Assembly (NCBI GenBank): GCA_944324735.1
Contig: CALUXL010000106.1
Span: forward strand, 1-40,163
Source: an uncultured Elusimicrobiales bacterium
GTDB lineage: Bacteria > Elusimicrobiota > Elusimicrobia > Elusimicrobiales > Elusimicrobiaceae
Length of the DNA stretch: 40,163 bases
Direction of reading: 5' to 3'
Below the pieces are notes generated by a model. It was not told the DNA's origin. It searched no databases and saw nothing but the letters and a program-made list of their open reading frames with translations. The translations under genes were made by a program, and so were the position numbers. Shown here one piece after another: positions 18,057 to 26,008 of the stretch. Numbering within the stretch: the stretch's first letter is position 1; each line of letters opens with the position of its first letter.

Positions 18057-18244
18057 CCGCGTTGAAAACTGCGAAGAATGCAACGCGACAAACCGCCACA
18101 AAGGGCGGCACAAACAAAGAGAGTACGACACCACGCTAAAACAATTTTTGCGGGCAACCGCAAAACAGACAGTCTTTGTTTGTGAAACCGATAGCAGGGC
18201 CAGTAGCCCAACCTTTCGCAGAGGTCGCTATCGGTTTTTATTTT
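18057..18244 (+). ncRNA. Candidate structured RNA (multi-helix leader or sRNA)
   Basis: 12-bp helix 18109-20/18173-84 enclosing a GCAA tetraloop hairpin; 11-bp helix 18185-95/18227-37 closing two hairpins; then a U-rich tail. Confidence 0.5.
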
Positions 18245-18277
18245 AACAAATTTAAGTTAGTTAAGGGGAACCAAAAA

Positions 18278-18565
18278 ATGACTAGAGAGAAACGGGCCAG
18301 CATGGCCCTTGAAAAACAACTGGGTGAAAAAAGTTTTTACACCCTGTATGGCATGTGCGCGCAAATACCCGGCCGCACGGCCGGAAGCCGCCTTTCCCCC
18401 AACCAGCTGCTTAAGTACGTAAAAGAGGGGTGCCCGTGTTTTGAGCACGCGGGGCAGGTTCTTTTTGAAAAAGACTTAACCGTATTTTACAACTGGCTGC
18501 GGCAGCGCAAACCCTTGCGCCAAATAAAAGCGCAGGAGCGCCTGCGCCGTATTTATGGAAGGTAA
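18278..18565 (+). CDS. Excisionase-like winged-HTH protein (start revised to MTREK)
   Basis: AAGGGG RBS; YTL..M...S.NQL.KYV.EG.P....G.VLF....WL pattern typical of HTH_17/Xis. Confidence 0.6.
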   Translation: MTREKRASMALEKQLGEKSFYTLYGMCAQIPGRTAGSRLSPNQLLKYVKEGCPCFEHAGQVLFEKDLTVFYNWLRQRKPLRQIKAQERLRRIYGR

Positions 18566-18569
18566 CCCT

Positions 18570-18641
18570 ATGAAATACATTTTAGGCGTAATGGGAATAG
18601 CTTACTGGCTGGGGCATTTGGCCTTTTACATTTGGGGATAA
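18570..18641 (+). CDS. 23-aa hydrophobic peptide (not in ORF track)
   Basis: GGAAGGT RBS; MKYILGVMGIAYWLGHLAFYIWG. Confidence 0.45.
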   Translation: MKYILGVMGIAYWLGHLAFYIWG

Positions 18642-18901
18642 TTTACCGCGCGCCGCCGCGTAATACCGGGCCCTAGCCGTTAGGTTAAACGGAGCCGAAA
18701 CGGCGGCAAAAAACCGTTTTGTTCTTTACTTCCTTGTATGGCAAAAGCGTTTGACGGCGTGGACATACTGGCACACCCGGCAGAGTGAACGCAACCGGCC
18801 CGCCCCGGATTGAAACACAAACGGGGCCTGCAATAAAACTGCTTAATCTGTTGATAGTGTGGGGCGGCCTAATAACCGCCCCCAATTAGAGAGGTGTAAA
18901 A

Positions 18902-19660
18902 ATGACAAATGAAATAGTAAAGGCGCAAAATACTCCAAGCGAAGTATTAAGCGATCAAAAACTAAATGATTTTTTGGACATATCGGGCGTGGGCAGAAAC
19001 CTGCCGGCCGATAAGCGCATGCAATTTGTGGAAATTGCCAAAGCCTATGGTTTAAACCCGTTTAAACGGGAAATCTACTGCGTTGGCTATGGCGGGCAGA
19101 CTTCCATTATTACCGGGTATGAGGTGTACATTAAACGGGCCGAACGCACCGGCAAGCTGGATGGCTGGAACGTGCAAATAGAAGGAACCGGCAACGATAT
19201 GAAGGCTACCATTACCATTTACCGCAATGACTGGAAACAAACCTTTAAGCACGAAGTGTACTTTGAGGAAGCCGCCAACCGCACCAAAGACGGGGAGCTC
19301 AATTCCGTTTGGAAAAAAATGCCCCGCTTTATGCTTAAAAAAGTGGCCATAGCGCAGGGCTTCCGGCTGTGCTTTTCGGACGAGCTGGGCGGTATGCCTT
19401 ATACCAATGACGAACTGGGCGCCGAAGAAAAGAAAGAAGAAATAAAAGCCTCCCCCGCCAAACCCACGGATACCGCGGTGCAAGCCGAAGCGGTGGAAAT
19501 ACTGGAACTGCCGCAAGATGTTTTAAGGGTGTTAAAATCTGCCCAAACCCGGGCCCAGTTAAAGGATATTTGCCGCGACGTGCTGAAATCTTTAGGGGAT
19601 CCGTACCGCGAAACCTTAAACGATTATTACCGCAAACACGCCGCCGCACTGGGGGCCTAA
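18902..19660 (+). CDS. bet: Single-strand annealing protein, Bet/RecT family
   Basis: LNPFKREIY, YIKRAERTG, WKKMPRFMLKKVAIAQGFR.CF, Y..DEL. Confidence 0.9.
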   Translation: MTNEIVKAQNTPSEVLSDQKLNDFLDISGVGRNLPADKRMQFVEIAKAYGLNPFKREIYCVGYGGQTSIITGYEVYIKRAERTGKLDGWNVQIEGTGNDMKATITIYRNDWKQTFKHEVYFEEAANRTKDGELNSVWKKMPRFMLKKVAIAQGFRLCFSDELGGMPYTNDELGAEEKKEEIKASPAKPTDTAVQAEAVEILELPQDVLRVLKSAQTRAQLKDICRDVLKSLGDPYRETLNDYYRKHAAALGA

Positions 19661-19661
19661 T

Positions 19662-20492
19662 ATGGAACTGCAAATACAACACCAGGAACTGGCCCCTATC
19701 CAAGCCAATTTGGAGCAAATAAAAGGATATGTGCAGGGCGTGGTGGCCAAATACCAAAACGCAGCCTATACGGACGAACAAATGAAGCTGGCCAAGGCGG
19801 ACCGGGCAGACCTTAAACGCCTAAAAGAAGATATAGACGTCAAGCGCAAGCAGGTAAAATCCGCCTGGAATGCCCCCTATTTGGAGTTTGAAAGCCAAAT
19901 AAAAGCCATTACCGCACTTATTGACCAGCCCGTGGCGCTGATTGACGGCCAAATAAAAGACTGGGAAGAACGCCGCAAAAAAGCCCGTTATAACGCATTG
20001 GAAACGGTATTTAACAAATGGAACCCGTTCGGCCCGTTGCTGGAGTTTGAAAAAGTGGTGGACGCGGAAATGCTTAAAATGTCCACCACGGATAGCAAAG
20101 CCACCACCCTGCTTACCCGCAAGCTGGAAAAAATAACCGGGGAAATGGCCCAGCTGGAAAGCGTGGTGGACCCGGCCTTCCGTACGGAATGTGTGGCCCA
20201 CTACACCCAAACCCTAAACCTGGCCGAGGCCATCCTGCATGAAAAGAACTTAAAAGCGCAAAAAGCCAAACAAGACGCCGTTTTGGGCACGGTGGAACCC
20301 CTGCCGATTCCCACGCAACCTTTGCAGGAAGCGCAAGCGGAAATAGAAGACATCTTTGCCGATATGCCCCTGGCGGACCCGGCCCAACGCCCGGAAACGC
20401 GCCGCTTTATTATTACCGGAACGGCCGCAAAGGTGAACGAACTGCAACGCCATGCCGCGCAGCTGGGCCTTAAAATGCGCGAAGTATTTTAA
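19662..20492 (+). CDS. DUF1351-like coiled-coil phage protein
   Basis: AKADRADLKRLK..ID.KRK.VK....PY.EFE; usual neighbour of annealases. Confidence 0.75.
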   Translation: MELQIQHQELAPIQANLEQIKGYVQGVVAKYQNAAYTDEQMKLAKADRADLKRLKEDIDVKRKQVKSAWNAPYLEFESQIKAITALIDQPVALIDGQIKDWEERRKKARYNALETVFNKWNPFGPLLEFEKVVDAEMLKMSTTDSKATTLLTRKLEKITGEMAQLESVVDPAFRTECVAHYTQTLNLAEAILHEKNLKAQKAKQDAVLGTVEPLPIPTQPLQEAQAEIEDIFADMPLADPAQRPETRRFIITGTAAKVNELQRHAAQLGLKMREVF

Positions 20493-20493
20493 G

Positions 20494-20552
20494 CCTGCCC
20501 CAACCGGGCGGGCTGGCCGGGGGGTGTTACACCTCCGCATCCCCCACTTTTT
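20494..20552 (+). terminator. Tandem hairpins / possible early terminator
   Basis: GCCTGCCC/GGGCGGGC and GGGGGTG/CATCCCC stems followed by T5. Confidence 0.4.
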
Positions 20553-20564
20553 AGGAGGTAGAAA

Positions 20565-21026
20565 ATGAATTTAACCAAATTAAAAATTAAACCGAGTGAA
20601 ACTGAAATACATTATGGAGTTCAAGCCCTAAATGCCAATAAAGATACGGTATTTAAAAGCTGGGATCTGCAAAGCCCAGAATTTTTATCCTGTCTTCAAT
20701 CCCTAAAGCCATATTTACTTAAAGTCCTTGATTTTGGGAATGAATATGGGGAAGGGCTTACCATTACCGGAATTACTTTACGGCAGGAAAACCCGGACGG
20801 AGCGGATATGGAGAATTACGGCTTGGTAATAAGTGCAGTTAAGAACTTGGGAAATTCGGCCACTCCTTTCTGCTTGAATACCCCATATATTCCTCCTTGT
20901 CGTAACGAAAACACCAATACCATTATGGATGAAGATTTAGCCATGGAAATAAACAAAATAATCGGTTTTTGCGAACGGTTTGTTGCTGGCAAGGAACGTG
21001 CTCAAGGTGAATTATTTGGAGAATAG
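20565..21026 (+). CDS. Hypothetical phage protein
   Basis: AGGAGG RBS; 153-aa ORF in operon. Confidence 0.75.
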   Translation: MNLTKLKIKPSETEIHYGVQALNANKDTVFKSWDLQSPEFLSCLQSLKPYLLKVLDFGNEYGEGLTITGITLRQENPDGADMENYGLVISAVKNLGNSATPFCLNTPYIPPCRNENTNTIMDEDLAMEINKIIGFCERFVAGKERAQGELFGE

Positions 21027-21028
21027 AC

Positions 21029-21247
21029 ATGAAATATAAACATTGCCCAAAGTGCGGGCAAATAAAACCCGCCGAAGAGTTTAACCGCCGTTATGACGGC
21101 CTGCAGCCTTATTGCCGGGAATGCAACCGCAAATACCCCAAAGAACGCCTGGAAACGGCAAACAGCCATTTTGATTTGCTGGTTATGCCCAACGGGGTGA
21201 GGGCGTTTATCCTTAAAAAAGAATACAGAGGAAAAGACAATGCTTAA
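21029..21247 (+). CDS. Zinc-ribbon protein
   Basis: CPKCGQIK...F...DGLQPYCRECN. Confidence 0.75.
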   Translation: MKYKHCPKCGQIKPAEEFNRRYDGLQPYCRECNRKYPKERLETANSHFDLLVMPNGVRAFILKKEYRGKDNA

Positions 21248-21593
21248 ATTTTTCCGCCGTAATACCAACACCCGCGAAAAATTCCTGCTGGGCGCCTTGC
21301 TTAGCCAGCGGTACGGAAAAGAACTGAGGGTGGAGTTTCGCTTTTGCCCGGGGCGCAGGTTCCGGGCGGACTGGTACATCCCCAGCCTAAACGTGCTTGT
21401 TGAGTATGAGGGCATTTTTGCGGCCAAAAGCCGCCACACCAGCCTGGCCGGATATTCGGCCGATTGTGAAAAATACAACCTGGCACAAATAATGGGGTTT
21501 AAAGTGCTGCGCTACACCGCGCAAAACTACGCCCAGGCACAGGCCGATCTGCTAGAGCTGGAGCAGGATTTAAAATTAGGCGGCAGTGTATGA
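21240..21593 (+). CDS. Phage PD-(D/E)xK endonuclease (Vsr/DUF559-like)
   Basis: EFRF...RRFRAD...VEYEG...RH...GY..DCEKYN.A...GFKVLRYT. Confidence 0.8.
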   Translation: MLKFFRRNTNTREKFLLGALLSQRYGKELRVEFRFCPGRRFRADWYIPSLNVLVEYEGIFAAKSRHTSLAGYSADCEKYNLAQIMGFKVLRYTAQNYAQAQADLLELEQDLKLGGSV

Positions 21594-22327
21594 AAATACC
21601 CTACGTAAAAATATACACGGCCGACTTGCTGGCCAAATCCCGCAAATTAAGCCCGGAACAAATAGGCCGCGCGGTGGTGGGCGTGTGTGAACAAGCCTTT
21701 GAAAACGCAACCGATTACCAACCCCAAACCGAACCGGAACAAGCGTTCTTTAATTTGCTTATGGAATGGAAGCAGGAAAGCATAGCGGCGCTAAAACAAA
21801 AGCGCTCGGCCGGCCGAAACGGCGCCAAAAAACGCTGGCAAAACGAAGCGCAAAACGAAGAACTTTCAGACGGTAGCACCGCCATTTTACCTGCTAATGG
21901 CAGACAGATACAGAAACAGATACAGAGTAATATAACTACTTACTGCGAGCCTGCGGCCGCAGTTTTAAAGAAATGCCGCGGGAACGACAACGGAACCGAT
22001 ACAACGGCTAAAAGCAGACCCGCCCACGGGGAAAAGGGGGCTAGAGTGAAAACGCCGTTGCAAGAATTTTCAAACGCCGTACTGGCCGAGTTTGAAGACC
22101 CCATGAACGATACCCAAAAGGGCATTTGGTTTAAACGCAACTGCCGCTGTTTGGCAGACATTTTAAACCTTTGCGGTAAAAACATACCGCTGGCTGTGCA
22201 TACGGTGCGCATATGCGTGGACAGGCTGGACAAAGCCGGCCTAAAAGGCGGCTACGAAGCCGTTTGCCGCAACCTGCCCGAATACTATGCCCAAGCCCAA
22301 AAAGCCCTGCAAGGAGCCCAAAAATGA
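21590..22327 (+). CDS. Putative replication initiator (YdaU/DUF1376-like N-terminus)
   Basis: PYVKIY.AD.LA....LS.EQ.G, then AGR.GAK.RW and a low-complexity linker; position in the replication block. Confidence 0.6.
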   Translation: MKIPYVKIYTADLLAKSRKLSPEQIGRAVVGVCEQAFENATDYQPQTEPEQAFFNLLMEWKQESIAALKQKRSAGRNGAKKRWQNEAQNEELSDGSTAILPANGRQIQKQIQSNITTYCEPAAAVLKKCRGNDNGTDTTAKSRPAHGEKGARVKTPLQEFSNAVLAEFEDPMNDTQKGIWFKRNCRCLADILNLCGKNIPLAVHTVRICVDRLDKAGLKGGYEAVCRNLPEYYAQAQKALQGAQK

Positions 22328-22740
22328 GAAAAAAACAAGATAATACCATGCCGGCCGCGCTGATTCCGCCACCGCAAGACGCGTGCCAGTTCTGCTGGAA
22401 CGATAAACAGGGCGTTTATAGCAGCATACCCGTGTATTTGGTGGAGCCTTCCGGCAACTGGGTGGAGCTGGGATTTCGTTCCCAATGCCCCTGTTGCGGA
22501 CACGTAAAACGCTACGATAACGGGGTGCTTTACCGCCTAAACGGTAAAGTGGCGGATTTTAAGGCCCAAAACTGGCCGGAAGTGCGCCAATGGAACCTGG
22601 ACGCAAACGCCTTAAATAACCTGGTTTCCACCGCTAAAACCCGCTATTTTGAAGTAAACAATTTGCCCAAGTACCAAAGCCCCCGCCACCGCGCCGATTT
22701 TTTTGAACCCAAAGCAGAACGGTGCGAAATGTATGCTTAA
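22324..22740 (+). CDS. Zinc-binding hypothetical protein (start revised to MRKKQ)
   Basis: ATGA overlap with the upstream stop; CQFC and CPCC motifs. Confidence 0.65.
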   Translation: MRKKQDNTMPAALIPPPQDACQFCWNDKQGVYSSIPVYLVEPSGNWVELGFRSQCPCCGHVKRYDNGVLYRLNGKVADFKAQNWPEVRQWNLDANALNNLVSTAKTRYFEVNNLPKYQSPRHRADFFEPKAERCEMYA

Positions 22741-22786
22741 GCATAGGCGGGGCAGAGGCAACTTTTAGGCAACCTTGGAGGGATAT

Positions 22787-22900
22787 ATGCAATTTGTAAA
22801 CGGTATTTTATTTGGCTTTGGCCTGGGCCTGGGCTTTTACCTGGGCGTAAGCGCCTGGGATATGGCCAGTGAATGGTTTTATAACAGACGGGAAAAATAA
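22787..22900 (+). CDS. 37-aa Gly-rich membrane peptide (not in ORF track)
   Basis: GGAGG RBS; MQFVNGILFGFGLGLGFYLGVSAWDMASEWFYNRREK. Confidence 0.55.
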   Translation: MQFVNGILFGFGLGLGFYLGVSAWDMASEWFYNRREK

Positions 22901-22983
22901 TTTTTTGAGGTTACGACTATTTTCCGCCGCTTTGGGCGGCTGGCTATGTATCGGGCATAGCACGAAAAAAAGGAAGGTAGTCA

Positions 22984-23655
22984 ATGAGAAAAGAAGTAAT
23001 AGGCAAACAAACGTTGTATTGCGGCAATTCGTTGGAAATAATGGACTTATTACCTAACAAATCTTACGGGCTGGTGCTAACCGATCCGCCCTATATGATA
23101 AACACCAAGAGCGACGGCACAGGCAAAATTGACCCATGGGGCGATTATATGAACGCCGCGGTGTTTTATTCCAAGTGGATCGGCCAGGCCCGGGAAAAAC
23201 TGACGGAAGACGGGGCTTTATTCTCTTTCCTAAACTGGCGCAGTGTGGCCACCTTTATGCGGGCGTCCTGCTCTTTGGATTGGCCCATGGAAAACCTGCT
23301 TGTTTGGAACAAAAAGCATTTAGGCACCAATACATACGGCTTTCGCCCGGTGTATGAAATGATTGCCCTGTTTAGAAACAAGGGCTTTAAAGTGGAAAAC
23401 CGAGCCCTGGGGGACGTGATAACCTTCCCCCGGTTGACCCGCAAGCCCAACCACCCGGCCGAAAAACCGCTGGATTTGTTGCTTTTTTTGCTGGAAACCG
23501 CCGGCAAAGATAATGTGCTGGATGTTTTTATGGGTTCCGGCACCACGTTGCTTGCGTGCCAGCGCCTGGGTCTATCCGGCACCGGCATTGAGATAAACGA
23601 GAAATACTTTGATATTGCCTGCCAAAGGCTGCAAGACGCCATTAGCAAGCAGTAA
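22984..23655 (+). CDS. DNA methyltransferase, N4/N6 beta class
   Basis: LTDPPY preceding HPAEKP and VLDVFMGSGTT, GIEINEKYF. Confidence 0.92.
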   Translation: MRKEVIGKQTLYCGNSLEIMDLLPNKSYGLVLTDPPYMINTKSDGTGKIDPWGDYMNAAVFYSKWIGQAREKLTEDGALFSFLNWRSVATFMRASCSLDWPMENLLVWNKKHLGTNTYGFRPVYEMIALFRNKGFKVENRALGDVITFPRLTRKPNHPAEKPLDLLLFLLETAGKDNVLDVFMGSGTTLLACQRLGLSGTGIEINEKYFDIACQRLQDAISKQ

Positions 23656-23661
23656 ACAAAA

Positions 23662-23698
23662 AAAGCGTGTATATGAGGGGTATACACGCTTTCTCTTT
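23662..23698. terminator. Intrinsic terminator ending the early operon
   Basis: 12-bp stem AAAGCGTGTATA/TATACACGCTTT with A-rich and T-rich flanks. Confidence 0.7.
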
Positions 23699-23708
23699 GT
23701 TATCTTTA

Positions 23709-23738
23709 TTGACAAAACTAACAATAAAATAGTATAAT
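23709..23738 (+). promoter_or_regulatory. Consensus sigma70 promoter of the moron
   Basis: TTGACA-18-TATAAT. Confidence 0.7.
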
Positions 23739-24127
23739 ATAATTATAAAAAATGGAAAAAAACGAATTTTATAGAAAATTTCTACATTTTACCGCTTCCT
23801 TTTTAGTTTTTATGCCGCGGTTATTGTTCAACTTGCCGAGTTTCCATTTCACTTTGCCCCAGTTCTACTTGAAATATTGATTTTTAACTCTATAACCTAT
23901 ACAATATATGTAGTAGTTGTCACTACAATATGAGTTTCTGTCAGGTTTTTTGTGCAGTTTTGAATGAAATGATTACTAGGATGTTTCTTTCCTCTTGCTT
24001 TGTGACAGAAGTAAACGGGTTTTGTTGTCTGTTATATTTGTATGAATTAGAGGCGTTTTGGGGATATGTTGTAAAAATCAAATAGCAGTAAGTTATACTT
24101 GGGAAATATTTGCTTGTGAGGTAGTTT

Positions 24128-24811
24128 ATGACCATTTGTATTGCAGCTTTAGCGGATCAAGGAAAAAGTGCAATCCTGGCCTGTGACAAGATGCTCACGA
24201 TGCCGGGTTTATCTTATCAAATAGAAAAGGAATATTATAATAAAAAGTATTGTTTGAATGGCGATTATGTTATGTTTTCTGGGGACGCTATAGCTGCATA
24301 TGAAGTTATAGAAAATGCAAAAAAAATTATAGCAGATAATGAGAAAAAAAATATTTCACCGTTATCTGATATAAAAGAAACTTTACGACAAGCTTATCAA
24401 AGTTATAGAAGGAAACTTGTAATACAGCGATTTCTTGAAACCAGAGGACTAACCCTCGATTTATATTATTCTGGGAAAATTAATATACCTCCTCAAGTTG
24501 TTATGGAGATAGAAAATGCTTTCCAAAATATTAATATAAATTTGGAAATGATAATTGTTAGTAAGGGCTGTGATGAATTATTTCATATTTTCCAGCTTCA
24601 GCATCCAGGAGAGGTAAAGTGTTTTGACCCTATCGGCTATGCATGTATTGGGTGCGGTACTATTCATTCTTTATATTTTTTGACTGGTTCTGATTATTCT
24701 ATTTCTAAGTCTAAAGAGGATATAAAGAAGTTAGTACAAGAGGCCAAACAAAAGGCTGAGAAATCTCCAGGGGTCGGTACGCAAACAGATTTAATAGAAT
24801 TGCCCAAATAG
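24128..24811 (+). CDS. Proteasome beta-subunit-like Ntn hydrolase (threonine protease fold)
   Basis: M-T-I-C-I-A-A gives N-terminal Thr; ILACDKMLT, K, FSGD, YACIGCG, SPGVG; GAGG RBS. Confidence 0.8.
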   Translation: MTICIAALADQGKSAILACDKMLTMPGLSYQIEKEYYNKKYCLNGDYVMFSGDAIAAYEVIENAKKIIADNEKKNISPLSDIKETLRQAYQSYRRKLVIQRFLETRGLTLDLYYSGKINIPPQVVMEIENAFQNININLEMIIVSKGCDELFHIFQLQHPGEVKCFDPIGYACIGCGTIHSLYFLTGSDYSISKSKEDIKKLVQEAKQKAEKSPGVGTQTDLIELPK

Positions 24812-24823
24812 GGAGGTGATTTT

Positions 24824-24952
24824 ATGCTTAATGATATTACAGGATCTCAAGATATTAAGTTTGTGATTAGTGCGGGTTGGAAAACTCAAAAGACGTCGCC
24901 CAATGATGTCCATCTAAAAACTAACAAGGATTATTCTTTGTCTGCTGATTAA
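24824..24952 (+). CDS. 42-aa peptide co-transcribed with the protease (not in ORF track)
   Basis: Strong GGAGGTG RBS; MLNDITGSQDIKFVISAGWKTQKTSPNDVHLKTNKDYSLSAD; stop abuts the terminator. Confidence 0.6.
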   Translation: MLNDITGSQDIKFVISAGWKTQKTSPNDVHLKTNKDYSLSAD

Positions 24953-24980
24953 AAAATCCCCGCTTCGGCGGGGATTTTTT
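24951..24980. terminator. Intrinsic terminator of the protease moron
   Basis: AAAAAATCCCCGC-TTCG-GCGGGGATTTTTT, perfect stem with a cUUCGg loop. Confidence 0.9.
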
Positions 24981-25047
24981 ACCTAAATTTGCCTTTTCTC
25001 TAGCCTTTATAATTTTTATAATACTTAAAAATATTAAAGAGGTATGA

Positions 25048-25893
25048 ATGAGCGGGCCTATTTATCCTAATTGCCCTAATTTTACATTAGGAGAGCATTG
25101 CTATAATTGTGGGGTACAATTATGTTCTAAAATTAAATGCGGGAGGAAAAACCGTTGCCCAGCAGGGTATACAAAAGAACATATTCCCCCGAAATCTTTT
25201 TTTGAAATAAACAAAATAATAGATTCTATTGACTCAAATCCTCCCATATCAGATATCACAGTTCCATCTTGCCTTGTGTGTAATAATAAAGCCAGTATAA
25301 ACGACGAATATTTTGTGCGTTATATTGTAATTATGTCTGCGGTAAGAGTAGAATTTCCAAATAAACTTCTTAAAGAAACTATTCGTAAATTTAAAAGAAA
25401 TCAGGCCCTAATAAAAGAATTTTCTCAAGCTCCATATAACATGGTTGATATGGTTACACCAAACAACATATTAGTAGCTAAAACCCAAGCTATCAAAATG
25501 CCAGAGAAACATAAAATAGGTTTTTTTGCATGTTTAGAAAAGATAGTCAAAGGTTTATATTACAAACATTTAGGACATGTCCTAACCCAAAACATTCATT
25601 TAGCTTGGACAAATAGTGTTTTTCTTGCAGAAGGCAATATATTAAAAATTCCTTTTTTGCCTGATAATCTTGTAGATATATTACGAACAGCATTTAAGGA
25701 ACAATATACAGAAAGAAGGGAAGGAACGCTTTTTTTGAAAGTGGTAAATAAAGGCTTTCAAACAAATAATTTTAGGTATGCTTTTATTTTCTTAAGGAAT
25801 CAAGATGGAGAAGAATATCTGATTGTTTTTTTAAGTTTTTATGAACAATCGGAATTTATTTATGTTTTGACTAAGAATAATTCCCCTACTTGA
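25048..25893 (+). CDS. HNH-like nuclease domain protein
   Basis: CYNCG...TKEHIPPKSFF...TVPSCLVCNN...DEYF; low GC; AGAGG RBS. Confidence 0.75.
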   Translation: MSGPIYPNCPNFTLGEHCYNCGVQLCSKIKCGRKNRCPAGYTKEHIPPKSFFEINKIIDSIDSNPPISDITVPSCLVCNNKASINDEYFVRYIVIMSAVRVEFPNKLLKETIRKFKRNQALIKEFSQAPYNMVDMVTPNNILVAKTQAIKMPEKHKIGFFACLEKIVKGLYYKHLGHVLTQNIHLAWTNSVFLAEGNILKIPFLPDNLVDILRTAFKEQYTERREGTLFLKVVNKGFQTNNFRYAFIFLRNQDGEEYLIVFLSFYEQSEFIYVLTKNNSPT

Positions 25894-25918
25894 AAAACGC
25901 TAAATAATAGGCTATACT
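25890..25918 (+). promoter_or_regulatory. Promoter upstream of the morphogenesis operon
   Basis: TTGAAA-17-TATACT. Confidence 0.7.
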
Positions 25919-25931
25919 GTCTGTATCTGCG

Positions 25932-25975
25932 AAGACTGTCTAAGGCGCTTTTTGCGCCGGGGCAGTCTTTTTTTT
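25932..25975 (+). terminator. Leader terminator between the promoter and terminase
   Basis: AAGACTGTCT/GGGCAGTCTT plus GGCGC/GCGCC stems followed by T8; G-U pairs fit the + strand. Confidence 0.75.
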
Positions 25976-26008
25976 GTCCCACCGAGTTGCCCGCCACGAT
26001 AGAACAAT

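Noticed and set aside
18176-18277. N-terminal extension of the Xis-like ORF
   Set aside because: TTG start without RBS inside the structured RNA; ATG 18278 has an RBS.
18645-18800. Self-cleaving ribozyme (hammerhead or pistol)
   Set aside because: No CUGANGA/GAAA core and no pistol pseudoknot partner found by eye.
21900-21927. ACAGA(T/A/G) hexamer tandem repeat as a phase-variable or frameshift site
   Set aside because: In-frame low-complexity linker typical of phage replication initiators; the ORF continues normally.
23895-23935. NrdR-box-like ACAATATATGTAGT
   Set aside because: Weak match in AT-rich DNA with no ribonucleotide reductase gene nearby.
23941-24135. 64-aa minus-strand ORF
   Set aside because: Overlaps the protease start, has no RBS, and is probably spurious.
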